From Moniliella sp. 'wahieum' (taxonomy: Eukaryota), in assembly GCA_003971905.1 (NCBI GenBank), contig RSEE01000003.1, forward strand, positions 744,001 through 808,000: a DNA stretch of 64,000 nt, read 5' to 3'. A model generated the notes under the pieces. The model did not search any database and was not told the origin of the DNA. It worked only from the letters and a program-made list of their open reading frames with translations. The position numbers were made by a program, and so were the translations under genes. Each line of letters begins with the position of its first letter. Position 1 is the first letter of the stretch. Below, piece by piece: positions 1-14,541 of this stretch.

Positions 1-1099
1 CACGGCGACTTCAAAGGCAACTTGGCTTAGACTGCGATACTCACTTAGGGTTCTAGCTGTTTTACCAACTGCTCACACAACGGGAGGAGAGACTTGGCCG
101 TTTCCGATGCAAAGAGGAAAAGGTTCCTTGCCCATCTAGACTGCGACCGTGAAACGTGCATGTTGCCCAGCAGCATGCTGTTCAGAGAGCTTAGCCGATT
201 GGACACATTGTCTGCAAAACCATCAGCCCAGCCCACTAGCTGGAGACGGACCAGAGCTCGGCCACAGGCCTTGGCTCGAAGGGGATTGACGCTCTTCCCA
301 ATTTCCTCACCGTCCCTTGTTCCTGTGTCGTACCAGGATGTGGAACGACAAGAATTGCCGCTGCGTGAAGAGCAAGAAAACTTACTAATGGTATAGTCGT
401 CGTAGAGGCGCAACTTGGTTTGTCCAACTGAGTAAGAATGAAGGCGCGTGTCCTGTTGCCGGTGAACTTCAGCAGGTTGGACGCCAAGGGTATGACAGGG
501 TTATGTGCGAGAGCACCTTTAAGATTATTGCCCGAAGATGTCGTCTACAGTTCTGGCAGGGGATACTGTGTTGTGTTATGATCACAAGGCCCATCATTCG
601 TTTGTCTGACCATAACAGCATCTGACAACAAATTAGAATATTGGTGCGATGGGGGTATGTTTTCGGATGTGATTCCTGAGGAATGCTTCATGGAATGGTT
701 AGCAAACATATTGATACAAAACTTACTGCTTAAATGCAGTGGTTGAAGATGGTGGAGTGATTATGTCGAAATGCTTTGCTCGAAGAGCAACCAAATACAT
801 ATCTATCGTAGGGTCCTTAAATCCTCCAACGTTTGCGGCTTTCCTTGTCGAACTTTTTAGCTACAGACAAGAGATGTTGACCAACAAATATGCCGATTAC
901 TCCCATATGAGAACATTCTGCCCCAAAATCGGGTGATAGGTATCTGATCCAACCATTTTTGACGGTACAATAGAAATACCAATTGTCCAAGGTTCCAGAA
1001 ACACACTTCCTAGGTGCAGACACGCACTGGGCGAACGTCCTCTCCAGCGGTGTAGACGTGACGAATAACATACCGTAGATGAGAAAAATCGTTCCTATT

Positions 1100-2700
1100 G
1101 TATTCCCTGAGGCCAACGAAATGATGAGGATTCTTCTTCCAGGTTATATCCGTCAGTTGTCCGACTCAACAGTTAAACGCGAGTAAATCATAGCCAATCG
1201 GTTTGTTTCAGCTGTTCCATCAGATTATTGTCCTAATATCCCCTTTGGTTCAATCACGGTATTATGGTCCGGTCGTAGGTCAGGATCGATGCCTGAGGGA
1301 ACCATGTCTGGGGACGATAACGGTTCATGACCGTGGATGAGGAAGGATATCAAATCCTTTTCAATCCTGCAAATATGATCGCAAAACCAAAGATGTGACA
1401 ACTTACATTAACTCGAATCCTGGTGCCTACAATCCGGAATGAACGCGAAAATTCATTCGGCGATCCCAGTGCTCCAAGCACCCAAGAGATTAGTGTTACT
1501 TTGTTAACCGCAATTACCGGTTTTAGCGGGCCTCTACCTGATGAAGCACAATGTTTTGCCGGTTTTATGTAGTGCGGTTTCCTGTGGGACTTGATAGTAC
1601 CAAAAATAACAGAGGATATACTTATTGCATTCTCGAGCAATCACTGCTCTACCCTAGGCCTCATCAGGTCTAGTGTGTCATGGAATGTGTTACCGTGGTG
1701 CATTCCAAAGTGGCCTTTTTAAATTCACGACACAATATGACGCCTATTGTTGCTGGGATAAGTGGTACTGATTTAAGTTGCATACCGGACACCATCAATT
1801 AATATCGTCGATTGAAAAACAAGCAATCATCAAACGCATATTAGTAATACGTTCAGACGAACACAATGCTTGACTCAGAAAATGGGAAAAGTGGGCACAT
1901 GTCCGTCCAAGCTGAAAGTATTCCATTCAAGTAATGATCACTAGTCTAAGGTGCAATGTATTTTTGTTGTGTGGATGAATTGCGTGCTATACTGGTGACA
2001 TGCGACCAGTGGCACTGCAGCAGTAGTTTTCTTATCTTCTTGTTTTTACTCTTTGCGAATGGGAGCATTGCTCCTGTGGGAGCTATGCAGTGAATCTTAT
2101 GACTTTACCACCTCCATCCCCACTTAGCTGCACAATAATTTTCTGACCTTGGGTGAGGCCAGTGGTTTCTCCACTGATCCTTTCGAACCACCGCCGACCT
2201 TGCTATCGGTTCAATTACTGATGCGCCTATGTTAGGAATGTTATGTATATCAGAACGCACATCGCGATCTACGTCTTACCTGGCTAAGGGCTGGGGTTTA
2301 TCGCGATGTATCTTCCCATTGGCGCGCCTCCTTTTTGTCAACTCTAGGTCAAACATCAGGGAATTGGAGGGTTTACCTGAGTAAATCGAAATCGAGTCTC
2401 AAAGATTTGGCGTCAAGAGCTTGTATGCAGCGTAGAAGGACCTCATCCGGTTTCATCGGATCTATCTAAGGAAGGGACGGTAATAGATGCTTGTACGATC
2501 TACCCCGCATACAATGGATGCTTCAAACAGACCTGATGACGAGGAAGGGTGCTTTGATATTATTACTCAGGGAAACCTGATGCATCCGGGACGATTGTGG
2601 TACAGGCTGCATTAGACTTGCGATGGACTGATCATCCATGTAATAAACCTCTTTTGGCATGTATTTCTTTCGTTGTGTCCGTTTCCCTTTTAGGTATAAC
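1100..2700 (-). mobile_element. Highly degenerate Ty3/Gypsy-like pol relic (RT to integrase remnants)
   Basis: AT-richer, ORF-poor block. The minus strand gives YYMDD near 2630-2650, GHFG near 1705-1718 and 'HYIKPAKHC...GPLKPV' (ORF 1350-1640), in RT-then-integrase order. The motifs are short and could be chance. Confidence 0.35.
1968..2129. repeat. Dispersed repeat, copy 1 (about 150-160 bp)
   Basis: tgtgtggatgaattgcgtgctatactggt...atgcgacca.tggcactgcagcag...tatgactttaccacctccatc recurs at 21350-21496. Confidence 0.9.
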
Positions 2701-5700
2701 CCCCCATTCCTGATTGGTGCGGATCCTTTCCTACTTTTTATTCTCGTTCCTTCCCGCTGTCCTTATCCAATATCTGCGGTTTCCAAACACTTGATTCAGT
2801 TCAGCTAACCTCGAGTCGACTTGTGTGTTCCTCATCTTCAAACTCAACTTCCATCTTTCATCCTCCTCAGTCGAGGAGCCATCCTTCATCTGAGTCGAGT
2901 ACCCGTACCAATTTAAGGTGTGGATCCCGGCCTCATGGCCTGCCGTTCGTTCTCAATCTCAGCGTTGGTATTTGTTTTGCCCACCATCCCTCTGCCCGTC
3001 CCCAAGGCATAGATGTTATAGACACGTTATTATGGCCGACCTCGGCGTTTACGCAGCCTAGTTGTACCTGCAGATGCTTTTGTTTCACGCCCAAAACCTC
3101 TCCTCGCCCCTAGCTCCATTCTCATACAGCAACTAAACCAATCCCGAAGAAATTACCGTGAGTCGTCCCCATCAAGTAAGTAATTGTGCCTCGCACACCT
3201 GGGTGAAGCCTCTTACGGCACCATCCCTGAAAGGTTGTTTACTTTCACGATGATAGAGAGGGTTTTTTCGTGAACACCAACAATATTTGGCATTATCGAC
3301 GTACAATCGACGCAAAGTAAACGTCCATCCAATGGCTTTGGTCTCCCGCCCGAGTTTAAATTTCTACCCCTCACCGTTCAGCGTTCAGCCTGAACCCCCC
3401 TCCTCCGCTCCAATTTATCTCCACATCCTGAACCTCTCAAGCCCCTCGTGCTATTGCTTCTTCTGTGACGCAATCTAGGTCTATGGTACCCGTCAATATA
3501 TCATTAATCGCGAGTTTGACTGGGGCCCACTGGGTGTTTGAAGGAGAGTATAATCCAGCTGCGAAATTGGCGTGGTCAACATGCGATATGTGCGTACTTC
3601 AACCGGAGAGCTCTATCCATGGGTGCTGGGAGGTCAGGGACTGTGGGATGGTTGACAAGCAGAGGGGTGCGAATACTAGTTGGGATGCGAAAAAGTTTGT
3701 TATGGAATGGTAAGGATGTGGTGATACCACTATGGATCGTGTCGTGAAAACATAGAGGGTACGTTCGGAAGGAAGTAATTGGAAATTCTGTGAGAGCGGC
3801 AAGTAGCAAGGAAGTCGTCGGTGGGTATCATCAAGACAATATGAGGTCCACAGACTTGGTGCGATGAAGGAAGAGGCAGGGCTTGGACATGAGGTTGTGA
3901 AAGCAAAGACGATCGATCTCAGAGAATTAAATGATGCAGCCACTCACGAATTCAACCAGACCATTACGCTGTCCTTCAGTATCCAGCACTTCAACACCCT
4001 TCTCTTAGACTTCTTTCGGGACATGAGCGAAGCCCTCAATGTCAGCTGTGAACGGACTGGGGCAGTTCTGCTTCGGGAACTGTGGTTTAAGAATTGACGG
4101 CAGAGGCTCAACAAACCGCGAAGAGGCATTCGGCATCCGTCTTGGTACTTAGCACCCAAACCAGGGCAATGCAAGTGCTCCCTCCCGAAGGGGAGGACAC
4201 ACCACCTCCTTCATCTTCCGAGTACCAAAACGCGTCAGTTCAAGGCGAAGTCTGGGACAATGACATCACGGACCCCTTCAAATCCTCCGGGGCCAACGAG
4301 ATCTTGGACAGACTTGGGCGTCAAGGGAACACCATCGGTTGTCAGGAGAAGCGCGTCATCGTCTCGGGTGTGGTCGAGGGTAAGAGCAAAGGGGGAAGAG
4401 TGCGGTCCAATCGGGATCATGGAAGTATTGGGCATGGAACCGAACATGCTCATAAAAGTGTGGGCAAGTCGAGAGTGAAAAGGGAGATGGAAGGGAGGAA
4501 GAAACTGAGATGTTAAGAGCGAGGGGGATAAATGAGGGGGTCTTGGGGATTGCCGGGAACAGGATGGGAGAGATCAAGGGGAGGAGCGGTAGTCGAACGC
4601 TGAGGATGGGATTACGACGCACCATGGGAGTTGGTTGGGTGCAAATATTTCATCAGAAAGGGTTATCAGAAGTATGAGGGGGTACAAGAGTAGAGGTAGG
4701 TAGGAGGTCTGGTACAACGGGAAGATCAGTAAGGTTGGATGTGTTACGAGGCGCCCCGTTTGTCTCCCGGACGCAGAGCTCCGCATTTCATAGGCAAGGC
4801 ATGATCTCATTGAAACACATGTCGGTCCCGTTAACCTAGCGAGCGAGAGTCAGCGGAGAGGTTATCTATGTTGCGAATATCCTCCGCGGCCCGTCGTGGC
4901 AACATGAACCCTTTGTTCCCACCACACCGAATCTTGGCGGAACCCTTAGTTACCTGCTGCGGCCCATCACCAGATCTCGGTTTTCACAGAACGGGCCCTG
5001 CTTTCCCTTACTACTGGCCGTTGCCCTAGCCTTATCCTTTTTGGGAGGCACCAGGTCTGTGTGTACACGCAGCAACGTGAAGTGCTGCATGATGTTACCA
5101 TTTTTCGGACAAGGTGAGTAGTAGAGCAATCAGGGTGCGCTATAGCACGATCCGTAAGGATGGAGCCGACTTGGAAGTACTCGGCGACGATTGAAGGAAG
5201 GAGACAGGTTTCTTTGGCTGCGTCTTTAAACTTATCTGGCCGCTGGTTTTCCTGATTCCGGTCAAGGTACTTTCACTCTCAGCTGCAAGTCTACGCTGCG
5301 GAGCCATGCCTTGATCTCGCCATGGTCTTTGCTGCATATTGGGCCCCTGCCAGTACCCATTTGGGGCTGATAGGATGCACCTCTCCTGTCCAGCTAGCTT
5401 TCTGTCGCTCCCGAACAGATTATCGTATCGGGCCTGTCTCGCATAGAAATGGTGTGCAACGCAGAACAAAAATCGGGAGACGTGTGGTGTGTGTGGACGG
5501 TGTGATCGAACGGGATGTGCAGACAAATCTGGGGGCGGGAAACAACCTATAGATCAAAAGATGGATGGGTGGTCCACAGGGTAGCACAGCAGAGCGATCG
5601 CCTGGCGGGGGTTGTTAGTATTTCAGTGCTCAACCATAATGATCTGCATGATGATCATGGATCGAATCAGCCAAAGACGGGTGGGGTGGGCGGAACACCA

Positions 5701-6386
5701 ATGGTTATCGACCGTCGGTTATCTGCACGTGTATGGCCTGTAGTTAAATCATTAACGTTTAACCATCAAATCATCGAATGCCACACATTTCTCAAGGCCG
5801 GGCGGCGGAGCTCCATCGTCTCATCATCGATCGTCGATCAACGAGCATATGGACCGTACTGCATAGTACATCATGCATCATGGATCACCCTAGCTTTGCG
5901 CGCGCATGTGTGCACAGGCCAGCCCAGGGGTGGGGCGGGGCGGACAGGGCAGCCGACCCCTCAGCCACCAGCCAGGGTGGGGCTCTACGCGGTCTATTCA
6001 ACGTTAAACTTAACAGTTCGTTAATATGAAGGCTCATCGGCTATTAGAACGACCGTAGGTGTGCTTGGCACTTAAAACAACCTCATCCGCATTGCCACTC
6101 TTTCCTTCCCAGCCAGGCATCCGATCTCAAACCTCAAGAGTGGGATCCTGGAAGTTGGGTGCCGCTCGTTCATTGCTTCTTCCCCACAACCCCCACCATC
6201 TCGCCTTTTCGCCCGTTTTTTCGCTTGCGTGCGGGCTAGCGTGCCGACGAAGAGAAAAAGCTAATAGCGGTGTTTGTGTGTGTGTGTTCATCTCATTATG
6301 CCCAGCTCCAAAGCCCCTGGGCACTCTACGGGCCCAAATCCCCTTTGGTCTCGCCTAAAAAATTGATGCGGACCACTCCCTAACCC

Positions 6387-8300
6387 ATGGCACCACCCCA
6401 AACATCCCTAACGTGCCCCACTCTCTTCATCAACTTCACTATGACCATCCTCCGGTCGCAACCTACGCTCCATCACCCCCTCCCTCCAAGCCCGTCTGAC
6501 GCGGAATGCGAAACACTCGGAATGACACTCTAGCATCTCTTGAGCGGCGATGTACCGAAGTGAACCCTTCGGAAGGTCTCTCTCTTGTCTCGCACTACTT
6601 GCCTGGCAAAAGTGCCCGGCTTCACCGTCTTGGTTCACGTCGCCATCGCGGCCGGTCGTTATACGATGACCAGATCAAGCCCATATCCTCGTTCATCTAT
6701 TACACGACCTCTGTCCCTTTTGGTCCTACCAGTGGCGGTGCCTTTCGTCGCTCGAGTGTCGTTACCCCTCGCTTACCCAACACTGAGCCAGAGCCAACCA
6801 AACCAAAACCCGCTCTTTCAATTACCTGACATTCCAGCTGCCTCGGCCCTGCACACTCACAAAGTGGGGGCAGGGCGTGCTGCATGGGGGCCTGATGGCG
6901 CTGGTAACGCCGCCCTTGGTGCGGGTGGATATGAAGATGACGATGGGATCGACATTGCCGTCATCCAGGGTACTACCCAGCCCGAATCCGCCAATGGTGT
7001 TGGCACCGGTCTCATTCAGCGTGTCACGGGACGACGCCCTTCCTCAGAACAGGAGGACTTTACCCCAGAGCCACTGGAAAAGCATATTGCCAATAACGAA
7101 GACGCATCGATTAAACCAGTCGGTAGTTTCCATCGCACGTTCGGTGGATTCGTGTGGCGCCTGACAGGGCGCCACAACAAGATTCGCCCTCTTCTGTGGA
7201 ATAAATTCAAGTGGGCCCTGTTTGTCGGCAATGCGTTTCTCACTCTCTATGGTATTGCCGCTTTGGTCGGCACAATTTTAACATGGACCCGTGTTTGGAG
7301 CAAGTCGGACAACGTCCTGGTCTCGGCCAACGAACTGATATGCACGTATTCTATCACGACATTGACTGTGATCTTTGCGTATGTATTGACATCTCATATG
7401 CCCGACCACTGTGCAGTATCGACTGTTGCCGCTACGCTATTTTTCGTTCAGCCATTGTTGGTTGGTGCGGACTCTTACTCAACAACCGGGCCTTTCTTAC
7501 GGTTTGGAATATCCTCTTGTGGATTTCGTTTGCTTTCCTTGTGGCACCAGGGTACCTAGCTTACAAAAAGCACACATTCACCTCGAGGGCAAACTAACGA
7601 ATTGTGGAGTCGCTCGTTAGATGTGACCCAGGGTCCATCGTCCAGAACACACTCAGTTGTTGCGGGTATTACAACCCCACCATGGAGGCGTCAGAGACCA
7701 ATCTTTGTTACGCACGAATTCTCTGTCTGGGTGCAAGGGACGCTTCCTCCGCTTGAACGAATGATGTTTCGCTATTTTTACACTGCTGCATTCTCGCTGG
7801 TTGGACCACACCTGTGTCTTATCGTACTGGGTCTGCTAGCTCCAACCACGTAACGTACCGCTTGGCAAGGGTATTACGCCACCAGCTTACCAACTCGACT
7901 CCCGTACTGCTCGAACGATTAAGGACAGCTTCCTCTTACAGTTGGCCAACATTTACTCGCCCGAACTGGTATGCAAGTGCTGCAAGTCCAACGTCGCAAC
8001 ATGGCTCGCAAGCAGCGTATGGTACCGAGCACGACGGAGAGCAAGCACCGCTCTTCCTTGCTTCCTCCTAGCACGCCCCCAGCAAGTAGTGGCGCTACTA
8101 CTCATACCATGGCTGACTCGGTTGTGCAAGCCCCAAGGACCCTACTGTTAGCACCACAGCTTCGCTCTTGGCTGTTCCCATCACGGAACTCCTCGCTTCT
8201 GGTCGGGACGACGCGGCACATGGGGTTGGCTTGCGGACCCATGACTCCGACTTGTCTATCGGGTCTGAGTCTCACCGGGGAAGTGATCCCTATACTCTTT
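6387..8300 (+). CDS. TSP2: Tetraspanin of the basidiomycete Tsp2 family (intron plus frameshifts; ends approximate)
   Basis: WNKFKWALFVGN, FAFLVAPGYLAYKKHTF, LEGKL..WSRSL, the CCGYYNP..EA...CYAR..GCKG loop at about 7657-7740 and SNHVTYR. Confidence 0.85.
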
Positions 8301-8992
8301 CGCGTTAGAGGCTGGCGTTTTCTCGCATTGTTTATCAGCAATAGCAACGGGCATTCTGTTCCCTTTTCCTCATCCATCCTGTTTCTATTTATATCAGATC
8401 ACAGGGCTTCATTTTGTATCGTTTAGGATAGCTGCAGTCATCGCCTCAGTCGTCTCCTAGATGAACTGTGGCCCATCTGTTCGGCGTGTGAACTGGTTGA
8501 AGGCAGCTGGATCCACCGTGGGTGCTGGAATCCTGCGTGCGCTCCCTCGGCGATTGCGGAACGTTGAACGTTTCACATTGAACTTGAACGTCGAACATTG
8601 AACACTGCACGTTGAACGTGTACGTTGAGCCTGCCGGCGCGCCCAGGCACAGGAGGAGAGGAGGCGGGGCACACAGGCGGGCTGCTGGGGCTCCGGAAGG
8701 CAGGAGGCCAGTGCCGCGTGGTCCGGCGCTGGGCCAACCCTAGCGCAGTGCGCTCCTGGGCGCCCAGGCTGGCCAGAGCCCAATTGGTTCGCAGACGCCA
8801 GTCCGCCGGGCAGGCAGCAGCGCCGCGCCCCCCACCACCACCTGCTTCCGCCCCACGCGTCGCGCCGCCCCTTCAATTCAGCCCGGCCCCTGCCTGCGCC
8901 CCCTTCTCCGCTCTCCATTCTGCTCCGCTCCGGCCTCTTCTCTCTCCGTCGCTGCCTCCCGCCCTCCCCTCCACTTACCCCCCTCGGTCATC

Positions 8993-10065
<1,073 letters not shown>

Positions 10066-12967
10066 TGACAGATGGGTTCTTTCCTTCAGCTTTGTCGCTG
10101 CAAGCTTTCTGACGACGGTCATGATAGACACCACCGAAAGAGAGAGAGTAGCATGCGGTCATTCTGAAAGCTCTTGCGGTTGCGCTTTCTTGCCCACGTT
10201 GATTTTGATCTCTTTGACTCGTACTAGCTTGGCACGTGTCTCCCAGATGAAGGTCCCCATAGAGGTTACACCCGGTTTCCTTGCGCTCATGCATGCTACG
10301 CCCTAAGCCCTGCGTCAAGGAAGCTGTTTGAGAGATGGTAGTTGCACAGAGCATTGCTGTGTCGATGTGTCTGTACTGATGGGGGTTTGGGCGTCACGCG
10401 GTCACGCGTCACGCGTCACTAGTACATTGGCACGTGTTGTGACGCGTGACGTACGTAGATATGGATAGCTTGCCCACAGGCAACACAATCCGCTTCAGCG
10501 CACTGACGGGAGCAGCGGGCAGCCCGCATGCGTGCGGTCTCTCCTCCCTGGCTTTCCCTCCCTCCTTTGTCGTGGCCACCACTGCCCCATGCTCTTCGTT
10601 CCACACAATACTTCGTTACCGCCCACCATCGTCTGCTCTGATACTCTCGACGTTATCCGAGAATGTTACTACTGTTAAGCTCACGGCGCAACACGGTCCC
10701 CGGCATCCCGACGTCTTTGGAAGTGCCTGCGATAATGTTCTTTTTCCCACCATATCTACCAGTCTTTCCGCATATGGTATCCTTTCCTCTTCTTCTCCCT
10801 CCCCCGCCTTCTCATCCTCTGATTTCGATTTTTCTCGCCGGCCTGAGCTACCGAGTGAGCGTCGCTCACCATCGGATCCCTATATCCTTCGCTCTACTAC
10901 TTCACAATCCCAACAATCTCAATCCATTTGGTGATCATGGCCAGCCCTCTCCACAAAGGCTGTCATCATGTAGACTTTAAGTCTGTTTCTAGTTCTGTCT
11001 GTGCGCCTTGAAGAAGACAACTTTGAATCTGCTAGCCTTGGCCTGGATCCGCTTTTGTCAGAGCGTACGAGCCAACGGAGTTTTCCTTCGATTCCGCTCG
11101 TAGCACGGAATCGAGGGATCCACTTTGTTTCGCGCAATCGCTTCCTGGGCCAGGGTGGTGCCCACGGCAAGGGAGAAATAAGGGAAAGTACGAGTTCAGA
11201 AATGTAGAGAAGTTTTAGTACGGTAGAGAAGACAAGCGGGAGGGCGCGTTGGGTGGGTCAAGCAGGGGCAAGGTGGGCGCAGTGACGGGAAGATGGGGAG
11301 GCGAGAGTGGAACGGATGTTGCAGCAGAGTCCATGGCAGGCGTGAGGCCGAGGGGGAGGAGACGGAAGCCCAGCGCAGTGGTGGCTCGGGAGGGATAAGC
11401 TGGCCCCGCAGATCCCACTCGACCAACACAGAATGGATGTTGGCCGCCGCTCCAAGCAGGCGTGGATTAGGTAATATACAGGCGCCAGGTGGCACCAGTT
11501 CTCGTACATCCGATGGCATGATCGCGACACTCCTTGTCCCTTTTGGCAGTCGTATAACGCCGCAGCTGTTGCGGCAGTCAGTGCCGGACAGCCTCGCTAC
11601 TGCCACTGGAAGTGGCATGTGAGCGAGCGCTCAGGCTGAGCACTGGGGTCGTATTCGACTAGAAAGCTTCTGCGCCTGAATCGTCCACAAGACTGGTGCG
11701 CTGTGCGTGCTCTCGGAAGGAAGGAAAGTCTGATTCACGGGACTCAGCTCCGCGCGGTCCGTCCTAGCACGGATGCCAACGGTGCCTTTCACGGGTACAC
11801 GCAAGTTGTATACTGAGGCGCGTAGTTGTCCGACTTCGAGCAAGCGCACGTCCGCGTCATGTTCTGAGAAAAAGTTGGGATCGCATCAGTCGGTGGTAGT
11901 GTGCGGAGATGCCAGCGTCTTGCTTGAAGCTTGAGGTGTCTGTGAAAATCTCTTATCATTCTGGCATCCACTCCGTACAAGGCCAGAGAGCAGACAGTTG
12001 ATGGTCTTGGAGTAGTTATGAGCCCACTCCGTATAGCTTCGAGGGCTGGGAGGCATCGTACCGCGTAATGACGTAGCACGTCAGTGCGTCAGCCGCCCGC
12101 CGGAAATGGGATAGAGAACCACGCTGGACCCGCACAATGAGCAATCGGTCACACTTCAGTTTGCCCTTTCAAGACACTCAACAGTACCAACAGCAACGCC
12201 ATCCCCTGTTGGAACTTGTTGGCAAGGTGCATTCCATCAACCCCTTGTGGGCGCGCATGGAACAAGTATGCGTACTGACTTCGATTTTCAGCGCCTGCCT
12301 GAGCGCGCCGCAAGCTCAGGCAGGCGCTGAACTCAGGCTGAGCGCTCTCAGTTCCTCAGATCTCGCCTCTTACCGATGAGGTCACCGGTCATGGAGTCTT
12401 CGTCAAAAAATCATCGGTTATCGAGTTATCATCGATATCATCTATCACCTGCTGGCCGAAGCGCCTGGGAAGCCGGTGCGGATCGGGTGTCTACAATTTG
12501 GTAGGCACGACGACCCCCCCCCCCCCCTAGTCCCGGCGGCACACCGCCCGCAAGATAGACGGGTGCTGGCTAGGAGCGAACGAACGTTGAACTGCTGAGG
12601 CGGTGGACGACGGGAGGCGATGTGTGACATGTGAGTATCGGTGCGCAATCGGGAATGCGCCGGTGGTTCCGACAGAGACATCGGTCGGCTCGCGGCCGAC
12701 GTTGCAAAACCTAGGGGTATTCGTGACAGGTGCAGTGCGTGGCGCAGTGTCCAATTAAACTGGGCTGTTCTCTGCAGCACACAAAAATACCACTTTTGAA
12801 CCACTGTGACAACGTAGAGACTCAGGCGTGACATGGTGACAGGCATGCCAAATCCTCTCAGACGTGCCCCTCCCCCACTAAAAGTCATTGCATCCGCCCC
12901 TCCTCCCACGATCTACCCCCCCCCTCTGGCGGCATCCCTCCCGATCCACCCACTACATCCTTGCTGG

Positions 12968-14056
12968 CGATGCTGTTGCGACCTGTCCTGCCCACCACCA
13001 CCGAGCTCAAGCGCATCCCCCCCCCGTCCGCCACGCCCCCCTTCCTGGAACACAAATTTGCCTCCACTTCCACTGGCGCGCGTTCTCCAATCGCCGCCTC
13101 TGTCCCACCGGTGCCATCACGTCCCTCGCTTCGCAGCACCTACTCCTCGAAGGGCTACACTGTGACCGCACCTCATCGTCCATCACATCCCTCCTCATAT
13201 GCCTCGCTCCCGCCGCGGCTCCTTCCCTACCAGATCCAGCCCTCCACCATCCTCATGCCGTGAGTGTGGTCCGCGTGCTACATCGCAACGCTCTACGCCG
13301 ACAAATACACCCTACAACACAATCTCCCCAACAGCCTTGTTAAGGAGCGTGAAAAACGTCCGTTGGAATCGGCGGCCCCCACTTCGTCCACCTTAATGGT
13401 GCCCACCCCACCGCCATCACGCTGCTCTTCCAGCTTACCCTCGACCCCAAAAGATGGTACAACGATCACTCCTGCACCGTTCCTCACCGCGACGTCCCAT
13501 ATCGCCGCTGCCCGGTGAAGAACAAGACGTGGGTCATGTTCTCCAGCGGATCGAAATGATCACTCGCCCGGTCGAGCTCACAATTCAAACGCTTCTCTTT
13601 CGCATCTTTCGTGCACTCCAAGTCGACTTTTTACGCTACCCTACTGGTGCGGGCGCACGGGCCATCAACTGTGGGTACATGTGCTTGCTTCTCTTGGGCC
13701 ATGTAGCACCCCAAAATAAGTGGGATGCCCTCTGGTTAGGGACAGTGCACAGTCGGCTCCAGAAGGTCTATCAAGATGTCCCTACTGCACCTTCTTCCTC
13801 TGTATTCCATCCTGATGGGGTCTCAAAGGAGGGCGCTGTTGATCTACTTGATTCAAAAGCCACCCAACAAGGCATAAAGGATCTATTGCAAATGCTGCGG
13901 GTGTTGGTTGGTTGCATCCAAGGTGTGTCGGACGCGATGGTCCGCAGTGGAGTTTGGGGCAGAAACCCAGCGTGGCCTCACTTGGCGCCACGAACGACAA
14001 CCAAGTCCTGCGAGCCTCCACGGCAACGAAACGTCGCAAGCTTGATCACAAACTGA
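12968..14056 (+). CDS. Hypothetical Pro/Ser-rich protein (frameshifted, family not recognised)
   Basis: Consecutive ORFs 12961-13263, 13264-13518 and 13454-14056 with protein-like composition; no motif I can name. Confidence 0.4.
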
Positions 14057-14316
14057 ATCCGAACGACAAACAAGAGTCATCCTAGTTATCCAACCCGTTT
14101 TTCCTGTCAACTCGACAAATGTAAGAAAAAAGGGAAGAGACAAGCTACAACACTTGCTTGGCTTTCTCTCGCTTTATCTTAATGTGATATACCCTCTCTC
14201 TCTCTCTCTTCCGTCGGGGCCAGCAGTGAGTAACAAGTTATGTTTTCGTTCGTCCTGGCCGATTACGCGCGCAAATGGTAGTTGGCTCCAGCAGACCGCA
14301 ACCGCGGGCTCTATAT

Positions 14317-14541
14317 TGCATCCATATATCATTGACAGAGCTTAAGGCAGGGACAGGGAAACGCTACGCATAAACCGCCCCATTCATCTTGCGTGTGTGC
14401 TGCTTGGTAGCACCAATCCCGCTAAGGAACCACAGGGGAATGGCCCGGAGATCAGGACCCTCTGGTGCGCGCCACTCGTTTCCATACCCCGAAGAGCGCG
14501 TGTGGACACGGATGCACGTGGTCGACATCCGAGCGAGGAAC
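14317..14541 (-). mobile_element. 5'-truncated 3' fragment of the CRE/Cnl1-like non-LTR family found at 58.7-60.7 kb
   Basis: Translates FLARMSTTCIRVHTRSSGYGNEWRAPEGPDLRAIPL versus FLARMSTTFLRVHTRFLGYGTGWREPEGPDILAIPL in the long copy. Shares the terminus tgcatccatat..cattgacagagcttaaggc. Confidence 0.92.

Noticed and set aside
3450..5400. Short ORFs that might be a TE or gene remnant
   Set aside because: No identifiable domain in any frame.
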